From assembly GCA_965649765.1 (NCBI GenBank), contig OZ287748.1:67704001-67768000 (forward strand): a DNA stretch of 64,000 bases, in the 5' to 3' direction. A model generated the notes under the pieces. That model searched no databases. It was not told the origin of the DNA and saw nothing but the letters and a program-made list of their open reading frames with translations. Below, piece by piece: positions 1-11,460 of this stretch (positions are counted from its first letter, which is position 1; every line of letters begins with the position of its first letter). A program made the position numbers and the translations under genes. This DNA is from Bispira polyomma (lineage: Eukaryota).

Positions 1-1497
1 TTCCGCCATAAAACCGTCTTTAAGTTAAATCGCCAACAAAGTACTTTATGACTTCATTCATTTTGACAATAAGGCTTCAGTATACTACACCCCTGCAAAG
101 TAAAAGAACAAAATACAAGTAACAGTGATGTAAAGTTACTATACATAAGGCTCAACAATTTTCTTACAACTCTTAACATTACATATGGGTACATTATGAA
201 ATTGTTGGGATATATGGTCAACATTATATGGCTACCTTATGATGTTCAAGAAAACGATTGTCCAATAAATTTACATTGGTTTTGATTGCTTCATATGTGT
301 ACATTATAATTGCATTTAATTATAATATGGAATTGATTTGGATATTAAACACACAATAGTCACATACAACTGCAACTTCACAATCACTGACCTTTTACCA
401 GTTTGGGTTCCAATCCTGTTCATTCCTTCCTGTGGGAAAGTTTGTCTAATACTTGCAGTAGGTAATTGATGGTTTGCAATGCTTCAACACTGGTTTCGTC
501 CACCATACTGATATATATATATATATTACAATGTTTAAGCTAAACAATAGAAAATATCAACCAAAGTGGTAAAACTTTCTGAAACCAGACATCTGCCATG
601 ATGCACCTTTATAAGAATCTGTACTAAATATTGCAAAAAGTTAAACTATCGTTCATACTGAACAAAGTACATTTAGTTCACACCATTCATCCACATTTAT
701 GTATTCATCTTTTGTATTTCACCTTCAAAGGTCAGATAGCTGAAATAGACGATATATTTCATATTGTGAGTAAGACACAAGCGTGCATATTTCTTAAATC
801 AACATGAATCAAAATTGTCATGAAATCGTTATATGAACACCCCTATGTGTATCAGTTGGAGCATAAAAGAAAACCTGGTATATTTTAACATTCTTTAACC
901 ATATAGAATTAAAATATTGTTCAATGCATTAGTAAAACATATGTATTGTATTCTATATCAAATATATATACACAAATTTATAATATCATTTGGTAAGATC
1001 TAAATTAAGATTATAATATATACCTTCACATAGACATGTTTTGTTGGGAAGTCCAGTAAAATGATTTTTACCTCCAACATCCCATTTTATTATATTATAC
1101 TGTAAAACTTTACACAATGACGATATTTGTTAAAATATAACTCACAACAATGATTGAGTAAACACTGTCAAAGTAGTTCAACATGCAATTAGAATTGATA
1201 ATAGAATATTGTCTTTCACATAATGGAGTAACCTCATCAATATAGAATGATGTGTCTTTTGTAACCAGGGTTATATCAATGGGCATTCAAAATTATATTG
1301 TCGCCTATCTAGCACATAGTGGTATCAATAATACATATTTGTCAATACATTGAGTGTATACTTATAAAATATGCTTCTAGAAACCTCCGTTGCTAAACAC
1401 AGTAACAATGATGCATACCATTTCAGATTTGAGCATTCGTAACTTGTGGACCTTTTTGCAATTGGGATTAACATATATATAGCAGTGTTTGTTTAAC

Positions 1498-1559
1498 ATG
1501 GATAAACATATTTTAATAACCTTTTGTTTGTTAAATTTTGCTATAATGGAAACTGAGTG
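1498..1559 (+). CDS. LGIC coding exon 1: signal peptide [20 protein letters not shown](C)
   Basis: ATG in aacATGg context, hydrophobic stretch, donor TG|gtaaga (phase 2) that joins in frame to 2543. An upstream acceptor tttcag|1427 suggests a further 5' UTR exon. Confidence 0.7.
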
Positions 1560-4500
1560 GTAAGATTATTTGCAATAGTTATAAGTTCATATGTAGGGTT
1601 TTAAGAATATATCAAAACGTTTCAGGATTATTTGTAACAGTAGAAATAATGGTGATAGATAATTATTATATGTATGATACTTGAGTCCTCTAGAATGCGT
1701 TTTAAGTTTTTATTGAGGGAAAATCCATATACCAGGCAAACGTACCTCCAAAATTTCATAAACAGTTTCTAATACAATGTTATAACTAGGAGTAGTTTAA
1801 TATAAACCCACTTAAACAGTGTCACCATTCATGAGTGAAAGAAAACTATGGATATATGTCGCGGCAATTTGTGGTAATTATTTTACCTGGCCATTAGTGT
1901 AGTCTGATAATTGGTCCAGCCTAATGACATCAAGGCTTCATTTCCATTATGAGGGGTCCCAGTGGCCTAGTGGCTAGCAAGCATTGCGCTTCACAATCAC
2001 TGGTCTCACACCTCTGCAATTGGCTGGCGTGTGTTTGACTCCCGTCGGTGGGAAAGGTGGTAGTTTCTTACCGCTGGTTTCAGTGAGGAACCTTGATCAA
2101 CTGTATGCAGTGTTTCCTCCAGTGTTTCCAAATACCCATCCCAATATAACCTAAACAGGTACTAGAGTGGACGTTAAATATCCCAATAAAAAAAATCATC
2201 TCCATTATGCAATGCACTTAAAAGTGCAGTGTTTGTATTGGAAATATTAGTAGCCTGAGCAAAATGGAAGTAGAATACGTGACCTAGTTGGTAGCCAACT
2301 TAGAATAAATAAAAGACCTGGGTTCGATCCTTGTCTGGGGCAAGAATGTACAGTCCTATCCCCAGTGGAAGGCTAAAGAATTATGAAATCATTGATACAT
2401 GGTCAGCCTCAAGCAATTACTGATGGCAGTTAGTGGTTCTTTAAGGCACTTTAAATACCAGAGATAAATGTAGATAAATCCAATGAGAATAAAATTGAAC
2501 ACAATAGAATACAACTTATTTTGTAAAACAAGTTTTTTTCAGTCTGAACATCACAGTATCTGACTTGATGGATGAACTGATCGGTAATGAATATGATGAG
2601 AGATCTAGACCAGGAGAACTGTCTGGTATGTTATTATTTGTGTCTTTTTATTTCGTCTTCTAGATCACAATAATTAGGGACCTCATTTGAGTAGTAGTAA
2701 AACACAGTCACACGCCCCCAGATAATTAAAGTTGTGAGGTTGCAATATAGATGAAACCAAAGGATAAAGTTAAAAAAGGTAAATAGGCAAGGTGAATGTG
2801 ATTAAGCAGGGAAGGAATAGGAGGGAGAACAGTTGAATAATACAGTAAGAGTTTGGCACTATCATTTATTGCCTCCCACCTCTGCAGTCGTACGTTCGAA
2901 TTTCTGCCCAAATGCGTGAAAGTTAGCAGTAGGTTTGCTGAAGGCTGGTGGGTATCAGAGCCAAAAACCTTTACCAACCACCATGCTGTCATGTTCTTCA
3001 TCAGTGAACAATCCATCATGATTTCCCACACAGCTTATTGAAAGCGACATAGAATCCAAACAAAAATATACCTTGTCACAATAAAATATTGTTTCCATAG
3101 CTATGCAGGCATGTGTTATCTATACCCGGCAACCCATATGCACGAATGAGGCAAATCATTTATTTTGATACATACAGTTTTTAAGGCACAATTTTATGCC
3201 ACAGAGAATAAACTATTGCTTACAAATTTCGCCATCAGTGTTGTCTTCCAAAATTGGCCCTCGAGCAGTAATAGTTGTGTGTAGTGTATGTAAAAACAAG
3301 AACAATTGAACAATGAATACAGTCCTTTTTTCTAGGCCTTTGTTCTACTGCTTCGCTTTTGGTGATGTTCTATATATTTATCATGCAGGCGAGAAGACTG
3401 AGGTGACTGTGAGCATTTTTATACAGAGTATCACATCAATAGATGCTATTAAAATGGTGAGTAAACAATATAAAAACGTAGCAATAATGTACAAATTATA
3501 CTACACAGTCCCATACCTACCATGCCTTGAGCACCTAAAGAGGTTTTAAAGCTCAAACCAAAAGTCGATGAACCACAAAAAAATGAGTTGGTAGGTGGTA
3601 CATGAGGATCGACAATTGTGTACTGGTATCAAGCCGTGGGGTGGTACCTTATAAGTGCTGCAATTATTTACTAGTATCAATCCATGAAAGTATGCATAAA
3701 GCAAGCACAACTATACAAACATCTATATTAATGTTATATATACCCAAAAAAAATCTTAACTTATAGATTGCATATCTAATTCCAAGATGGTTGTGGTTGA
3801 CTCACACAAGTTTAAATATTCAATTAAAGTTATAGTTCTTTTTCGCATTACTTATCCGTCCATGCTGTAGACAATTAAAACGATTGTGACTAAGCTGTTT
3901 CACATTACATTGTTTTGCATTACTGTTCCTATTACCGAAGGTCGCATTGACTTTATAGTAGAAGTAAATATTTATACATAAATAATTCCAAATATTTAAT
4001 GGAACTAATACATATGTATTATACAAATAATTTTAAATATTTATTGCAAGATAGGTTTTTTGCAATGACAATCTTCCATAAACAATTAGAAATACAATGA
4101 CTTTTTCATAGTTAAAAAGTATTTGGTTCATAGTTTGTCACTGTTGTGGAGAGTTTAGTTTTTCACACATTTACAGGAAATCACTTTGACCTGTTACCTC
4201 TATGAATTCTGGAAAGATGACCGTCTGTCTTCTGACCGGTTCAATGGCTCCATCAACCTGGACTACAGGGAGTACGATAGACTCTGGCTGCCAGACCTCT
4301 ACTTCCCCAATGAAAGGGATGCTGATGTGCACACCTCTCCTCTGCCAAACAGACTCTTCCAGTTGTCCAATGATGGCACACTGCAGTATACACAGAGGTG
4401 GGAGTTGAAGTATACCGAATAATATGTCCCATTTGGCAAGATTCCTTGTTGTTATGTTGATGACGGAACATGGCCGACAGTGTTGTGGGAATGATTATGA

Positions 4501-7500
4501 TTTAGTTTTTCTTTTATATTAATTCATGTGTACCATGTTGGCATGAAGTAACAGAAAATCAACTACTTTATCATATTTAAGGAATGAGAGAATGTATTTA
4601 ATTTAAAAAAATTCTATCTCTATATATCCCAATTTCGATTTACAACTTGGAATGGAATCCTTTCTGTCCCTTTATGTGTCTTCAGTCGTCAAAATAAGAG
4701 AAAGGAATCTCGCTAAATAGAGATGGATTATTCGGTCTAGGATGACGACCACGAGGGAAGAATGGCTCTTATTTAAAAACTATATTATTATTATTATGCA
4801 TTTTTCATGGGCTTTTTTTATGCATTTTCTTATATGAAAAAGCAGAATCAGTTATCCAATCGTATGAGTCATGGACATAGCAAGGTCACAAAGAAGGATG
4901 TGGGGGTGTACAGGAGGGAAACTACGGTGGGAAGGCTTGTATTATTAGAGACTATTGTGGCTGTTTGAGTTTTTACATCACTTTCAATCTATAATATTGA
5001 CTTAGCACTATATGCCATGATTTGATCCTGAGAGAAACCCCTGACCTACATCTAATTTCTAAAATTTTAAGTGGAAAGAATTGCCGACATTTTGCAAGAT
5101 TTGAAAATATTATTGCTCACACGTGCTTTTATTTATACCAAGTTGGGCATGCACACTCAAAATGCTGAATAGACTTATTGTTTACATTATATGATCAATA
5201 AACATCAATGTCTTTCTTTATAGTAATTACTGAATAAAATATCAGTGAATAAGATTTCAAGTGTTTATGAATTATATTTTATATGTAATAAGCTCTTTCT
5301 TTCTCACTGTTTACCTCTTTCCAGAATCACACTACGACTGGGTTGTGACATGGACCTGTTCCTGTACCCACTGGATAACCAGACTTGCAAAATATACATT
5401 GAGAGCTGTAAGTTGTCTTTATGATTAGTAGTTAGGTTATATATTATCAGCTTCACACATCACAAATTATCTCAGGTTTGACTTCAAGAACTAAAATGTG
5501 TTAAATATCAATAATAAATAATTGGTCGTCAGTAAATTTCTATTACTTCACCTATTATAGTATTATACAGGTTTCAGTCACATGTTTTGTAAGTTGTTAA
5601 TATAATGGAATTACTATAGAATTCCACAGTTTCTGCACAAACAACGATTAAGGAATATCACAAATGTCTGTTACTTACACCTATTGTCTAGTGCTATTTT
5701 CAAATTCATTGCTTTTTCATTGTTTTGCACTGTTTGAATCTGGAAATAAACCACATTTTAAGTGTCTTAATAAAACTATGAGGCCACAAATACAAACCAC
5801 AGACATAGCCAACCCTGCTCGAAAGACCATCTCTATAGAGTGACCACCTCTGTATAAAGACCACTTTTTCCTTTCCCAAGGCTAAATATTTAATATAATT
5901 TCACCTCTTGATAAAGACCACCTGTCAATAAAGACCAATTTGAAGGTTATCCTTAAGTTATCTTTATCAGTAAGTTTCGTTATATCTAATTGTTATGTCA
6001 TCTTTCAGTTACATACAATACTAACCAGATGTCTCTGAAGTGGAATGGCAAGTCACAGCTCACCATGGCAACAGACGCCAGGTTACCAGAGTTTGACATC
6101 ACTGAGCTTTCTACAGGGGAGTGTGAGGATAACAATGTTCTCACAGGTATGGTTATATGTGGTGTCCAATGACCGGGTGTGGTTAGGTAGTGGGACCAGT
6201 TGACCTCAACTTGGATAATGCCATGGTCATACTGAGTACTTTCTTGTTTATGTTCGCTTTGTTTTAAATGTAAGCAAATGGAAATAAACAAAGTAAACAT
6301 TCAAGAAAATGCAGCAAAAAATTACATTCTGTACACATTTTTACACACATTTAACACGTTTTAAAAGCCGTTTCAATTAAGTTTAAGCCACGGCATAAGG
6401 GACCATCTTACTCACGCATGCTTACGTTTACTTAATTGCACTATGTTCAGTGCAAATGCTTACGTTTTACTTACATGTTCTATTTTCAGACATTTTTTTA
6501 TGCGTGATCAAAACATACGGTCAGTGGCATAACACACAGTTTTTAGTGCCTGAATCAGCACAGCTTTCATTGCCTGACTTAGTTTGGTTTTTATTGCCTA
6601 AGCCAGCTAACATATTTTTTAAGTTTAAGGTTTTCTCTTGTAGGACTTATATGTGTATTACTTTATCGGCCAAACCACACACAAGGCAATCCCAAAGTAT
6701 CTTTAAGCTGATCACAAAAGTTTCACTCTTTGGACAATCCTTGCTACACACACAGAAGTAGATTGTTTTTGTTTCCCATACCCTTAGAACATGGTGACCA
6801 ATTTTAGGCCTGAGCACCTTGAACCTTTTTTTAGGAAATGTCGGAAGTTTAAGATGGAAACCATAGAGTCAATAATGTTGTCCTTTCATAACGGATCATG
6901 GTTCAGCTCCCCAGATTTCAGCGATGCATACTTTCCATATCCCAATACATACCCGGTAACAGACGTTGATACATTCATACACATGGAAACGTCGCTCTTT
7001 TCAATTCAGTGCCATCCCACTCGGTCTCTCTACAGCCCCCCTGATCATGGGGTTCCTAGTTCAACTCCTGGTAAAGCTATAATATTCATTGGAGTATGAC
7101 TTTCTTGTTCATGGGGTGGACTCAGTTGTGTGATGGTAACATACTCTCTTCCCACCTCTGCAGTAATGGGTTTAACTCTCACCCCCTGGCATGTATGTGG
7201 GGCAAAAAAGTGGCAGCAGACTTGTAAGAGGAAATCTGTGACAAACTACACTGCTCTGATTTCCTCCACCAGTGATCTGCCTGTTATGACATGACACAAT
7301 TCATCTTGAAAGTACCGTGACACCCAAATCTAATTGAATATAAGATCCTCTACGGTCCCCATATTAACTCCTGGTAAAACCATAATATCCTTTAGAGGAT
7401 AACATCCTTGTACAAGATATGACCAAACCATTGTCTTCTAGGGCTATATAGTAGAATAATACATTCCTGGAGAATATGAACAAAGGACCAAATGACTATA

Positions 7501-10305
7501 GACCAATGAATTTGCATGTTACTTTCATAAATATTTTGAAAAAGTATCTACACTACTATATTGCAATTTGTAAAAATCATATGCAAGAGAAATTGGCTCA
7601 TATAAAACTTTATCATTGTGATACTTTTTTATACTTCATCTCTACTTGATACTTTGAAATACTACCAGATAATTTCTTCCTTATTGCATAAAAGATACAT
7701 TGTAAAAGGTAGTCCTATTTGTCCATCACTATTTCAGGCTCCTTCCCTTGTATCTATGGAGAGATCCACATTCAGAGGGACCGTAGTTACTACATGTTCC
7801 AGGTCTACATCCCCAGTATGATTGTTGTCATGTTATCCTGGGTCAACTTCTGGATCGATGCTGCGGCAGTGCCTGCCAGAGTGTCCTTAGCCATCCTTAC
7901 TGTGGTGACCATCACTGCACAGAACTCAGGTAATGTCTCCTGTGGCTTAATGGTTAGGGATCTGGTCTGGTGATCAGAAGGTCTCCAGTGCCGCTCATGG
8001 TTGTGAGAGTTGGTTAGGTGATTGGTCCGGTCGTGGTGAATAAAGCGTCCCTGGTTTGACCCCTGCTAATGTCTCTAGAATACTGATACAAATATCTGCT
8101 ATTTATGCTGGCGAATTTGGCCTGTCTAATGATTATGATTCTAAATAACGTAAATGATCAAAACCCCTTTATAGTTCCACATTTACAGCCACGAATATAA
8201 TGGCATGGTATAGCATACACCTTGGAAACTGTTCACATGCACTTGTATAACTTATATACTTGTAATATTTTATTAGTTAACCATAAACTTCATCTGTAAT
8301 TAGTGCAGTATGTAAAGGTCTATAGAAGGTGGTAATAGATGACATTGCTATTTTTCATTGTAGGCATCACAGCCAAACTGCCGCGTGAATCCTACACAAA
8401 GGCCATCGATGTGTGGATGGGAGCCTGTATGTTCTTCGTGTTTGCTGGCCTCATTGAATACTGCCTGGTGAATGTGTACAACAGGAAAGAGAGGACGGAC
8501 AAGGACTTCCATGGCCGTGATGTACCTGACAGTGACAATGATGACCCACTGGATGATCAAGAGGTGGATGTACACAGAGACGGTTCTCTGGCTGGTAACC
8601 ATGGCAAGCGGGTAAAGACAATCAAGACCTGGACCAAGTCTGTGACGGTAAGTGTGTCATTAATTCTAGAGTTATTACTCTTTAAATGTTTGTATCAAGA
8701 CAATTTAATTGATGGTCACCGTGTCTGAAGCAATCTTATTGGCTGTGATGACCCACTGGATGATAAAGAGGTGGATATGCACAGAGACGATTCTCTGGCT
8801 GGTAACCATGGAAAGAGGTGAAAGACCATCAAGGGACCAAGTTTGTCATCTGGTCTGAAGTTATTACTCTGACAAATGTTTGAATCAAGAGAGTGGATCA
8901 AACTTTGCAAAGCAATCTGATTTGTTGAAACTAATCAAACTCTAAAAAGAAGTGGATGACGAAGAGATTAAACAGAGGAGACCCTCTATCTGGTAACCAC
9001 GGAGGACAGTTTAAAAATTATCAAGATTTGGACATTGCCTGCTAATGTAAAAACTATGAAACAGGGGCTCCATAACTAACAGATCATTATATATTTAATT
9101 AATGTAGTAGGATGATAGCATAAGCTCCACAACATCAAGAAATTCTGATCAAGGCTGGTTCTTATAAACATGATTATTCTTAAATTTTGTTTGTTTGTAA
9201 GGCCCTTGAGTGTAGACATTCTTAGAATTTTTGGCGAATGTGGCCCCTGAATTTGGAATGTTACTAAGTTGGGTAAAATTCAGAAGCAGGGGTCAGATAG
9301 TGGATGAAAAAAATTACATATGAGTTTAATCAGAGGTGACACTATTAAAGCCAACAACAGCGTCATATGCACATCCTGTGTGTCTAGATGCCTTTTGTTT
9401 TACACTTTTAAAATATTCTACTTATAAATGTAGTAGTAATATACTTCAATTGTAATAATGTACTTACTTGACCAGTACTTAAGGCAACACCTAGACCGAG
9501 TTTCTGTCCCGTCTTGTGATGCAATGATTTTACTGGTGGTATAAGGGATACAGAATACTTATAGTCACGCTTCATTTGTTATAAATATCCCAAATTATAG
9601 TAAACAACTCTTTCTTTCGCGATGCGTAATATCAATAAAAATAAATGCATTACACGATTGGACAGAAACTCTGTCTGGGGACACCTAAAAGAAAAACTAA
9701 ACAAATAACAAGTATGTGGTACCAGTAAAGAGGCTAACCAAGCCACTATAAATCTGCCTGAACTTGGGATCGCCCAGGCTAGGATCAAACCTAAGTACTC
9801 TTTATTCCTAAGCGAGTGTATTACAGATTAGGGTGTAGTGGCCTAGTGTTTGAAAGCACCTGCTTCACAATCACTGGGCTCTCACCATTGTGGGTTTGAA
9901 TCCCCATTCGTTCCTTCACTTAAGAAAGTTTATCAGGTACTTGTCGTAAGTCGGTTGTTTGCGTTGCTTCAGCCCTGGTTTTTTCAAACGTTAAATCTGG
10001 CTTTTGTGATATGACCAAAGCGAAGTCAAACTCAACTAAATTCAAATGCACGGTAAATGTACATATTTTGTAATCTTGTTGTTTTTGTCTTTTCTTACAC
10101 CCAGCTTGTGAAGGTAAAGCAGAAAAGTCTGCCAAAGAGAGCCAAGCGTTTTGCAAAGCTAAAATGGAGGCGCTGGAGTATAAGCAGAGGCATGATGATT
10201 GACGTCATCTCCAGGGTCCTGTTTCCAGTGGCATTCATCGTATTTAATTTTGTCTACTGGCTTGTGTACTTGGTGTTCCCCCTGGAGCTGGGTTTGTTTA
10301 ATTAA
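1498..10305 (+). CDS. Cys-loop ligand-gated chloride channel subunit (glycine-receptor/GluCl-like), 9 coding exons, 443 aa: join(1498-1559,2543-2625,3389-3456,4177-4397,5325-5407,6009-6146,7738-7929,8364-8647,10105-10305)
   Basis: Manual splicing gives 1332 nt with no internal stop. All introns are GT-AG with phases 2,1,0,2,1,1,1,0. Motifs: signal peptide, [17 protein letters not shown] (loop A), Cys-loop [20 protein letters not shown] (loop B), second loop-C Cys pair, M1 [19 protein letters not shown] anion filter, KAIDVW-M3, and M4 [21 protein letters not shown]. Confidence 0.93.
1952..2195 (+). mobile_element. tRNA-derived SINE family A, full length
   Basis: A box GTGGCCTAGTGG, degenerate B box, A tail, and a 14-bp TSD tcatt/ctccattatg (1938-1951 and 2196-2209). 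Alignable with the copies at 12177 and 20920. Confidence 0.9.
2543..2625 (+). CDS. LGIC coding exon 2 ([27 protein letters not shown])
   Basis: Acceptor tttttttcag, donor G|gtatgt, and the YDxRxRP N-terminal Cys-loop-family motif. Missed by the ORF track. Confidence 0.88.
3389..3456 (+). CDS. LGIC coding exon 3 ([23 protein letters not shown])
   Basis: catgcag| ... ATG|gtgagt; 68 nt; beta1-beta2 pattern VxVxxxIxSIxxID..M. Confidence 0.92.
4177..4397 (+). CDS. LGIC coding exon 4 (loops D, A, E)
   Basis: ttacag|GAA ... AG|gtggga; 221 nt; [33 protein letters not shown]. Confidence 0.95.
5325..5407 (+). CDS. LGIC coding exon 5 (Cys-loop)
   Basis: Long pyrimidine tract ending ccag|, donor T|gtaagt; 83 nt; [27 protein letters not shown] (C-x13-C). 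Missed by the ORF track. Confidence 0.96.
5804..5984. mobile_element. Tc1/pogo-like MITE remnant just upstream of the LGIC exon 6 acceptor
   Basis: Five (aaa)gacca(c) subrepeats and degenerate termini of the cagtcaaacc...ggtttgactg type. Confidence 0.55.
6009..6146 (+). CDS. LGIC coding exon 6 (loops B, F, start of C)
   Basis: tctttcag| ... G|gtatgg; 138 nt; [12 protein letters not shown]...LPEFDI...CEDNNVLT. Confidence 0.93.
6230..6526. mobile_element. MITE with (C)ACTG...CAGTG termini (copy 1)
   Basis: Both ends are homologous to 30676-31270; internal ac(a/g)ttt subrepeats. Confidence 0.55.
6757..7040 (+). mobile_element. DIRS/Ngaro-type retrotransposon reverse-transcriptase remnant in LGIC intron 6
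   Basis: Across frameshifts it reads [40 protein letters not shown] and [13 protein letters not shown]. These are DIRS RT motifs in the correct order. Confidence 0.8.
7738..7929 (+). CDS. LGIC coding exon 7 (end of loop C, M1, M2)
   Basis: atttcag| ... G|gtaatg; GSFPC...[18 protein letters not shown]...[20 protein letters not shown]. Confidence 0.96.
8364..8647 (+). CDS. LGIC coding exon 8 (M2-M3 loop, M3, intracellular loop)
   Basis: ttgtag| ... ACG|gtaagt; [32 protein letters not shown]. Confidence 0.93.
8540..9050 (+). repeat. Tandem triplication (about 200-bp unit) of the 3' half of LGIC exon 8 and its splice donor region
   Basis: gatgacccactggatga at 8540 and 8747; ggtaacca at 8594, 8801 and 8992. 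Confidence 0.85.
9483..9685. mobile_element. MITE with about 45-bp TIRs, TTAA-type flank (Kolobok-like)
   Basis: ttaa|gg..agaccgagtttctgtcc..gtgatgca versus tgcattac..ggacagaaactctgtct..cc|taaa. Confidence 0.7.
9831..10045 (+). mobile_element. Older SINE related to family A (Meta-domain-like core)
   Basis: GTGGCCTAGTG, cttcacaatcactgg, GGTTTGAATCCC, and a gaaagtttatcaggtacttg...ctggttt core. Similar decayed copies lie at about 371-560, 2855-3000, 7110-7330, 19375-19535, 35962-36090 and 57745-57970 (-). Confidence 0.65.
10105..10305 (+). CDS. LGIC last coding exon (basic MA region, M4, stop)
   Basis: Pyrimidine tract ending cccag|CTT, phase 0; [21 protein letters not shown]; TAA at 10303-10305. 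Confidence 0.93.
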   Translation, partial: LVKVKQKSLPKRAKRFAKLKWRRWSISRGMMIDVISRVLFPVAFIVFNFVYWLVYLVFPLELGLFN

Positions 10306-11460
10306 TAACATGTGGGACATTATAAAAGTGGAAAGGACTGGATGGAACTGGAAAGTAAAAGAAACAAATATTGATTAAAAAAACTATTGTCGACTAGTTT
10401 TTTTTTGCCATTGCATATAAAAACAGGACTGTCAGTAGGCATAGATATATTGTATATTGTATAAATAGAAATGTTAGATGGAATCCAATTTCAACAATTT
10501 TACCATTTAAGAAGAACTCATTGGATAAAACTAAAACTGATTGAATTAAAATACAAATACAGGTATATTCCACCCATCTCTAGTTATAAAAAATCTACTT
10601 CTTTTTTTTGTGTGTATGTACATTTTTATTACTTAAGTTTTGTTGAACAAGTAAAGGTGGCAACTCTATATTTATCACATATCTAGAATACTGGGCTTTT
10701 AAAGTGCAAACATGTACAACATTTCAAATGCATAATGTATTACCACATGATTTGGGCTAGTATTTTTATCAGCTGTGCTTTGACATAGAAAACTGTGACT
10801 GTTGTGTTTATCTACATCAGCTATTATAATATTTATATGTATGTGGCATCCCTGTCTTTCCCAGAAGAAAGGTATGCATAACTTATTAGCCAAGTGTTTT
10901 AGTACAGTGCTAATCAATTTTCTGAGCCATGTTCAATAAATTATTCAAAAAGACACTGAATAACAGTTCAAGTAGTTTGACTTATAACTTAGTTGAGGCT
11001 TAAAAATTCTTGCTCATTTGTTGTTATAAATTTGTAGAAATGTGTTATAATTTTAGTGTTTTCTTGAGATTCTCTACATCTGGTTGTAAAAATCTGTTAG
11101 TTACTTGTTAAAATTGTAAAAAAAAACTGTCATTGTAGTGAATGTAAGAGTAAAATTAAAATATAATATTTGTAATAATATAAATAAATATATTTCCTAC
11201 CGTTTTACGACCAATGGCTGTTCAAAATATCAGTGGTGGTATCAAAATCGTCATGGGACCTTTTTTCTATATTGTAAAATGACTTGCAAGGCCATTTCAG
11301 GACATTTTTTATTTCTTGAAGAAATTAATAGCTTTCAAGCAATAAACCTTCAGTATGTCTGTTGCATATACGGGCGTTGTTGTGGTTTTGTTTTTTTTTA
11401 TCTCAAGATACAGAAATAAAGTTAACCAAATACAAGTAAAATTCACAAATCACCAGGTAC

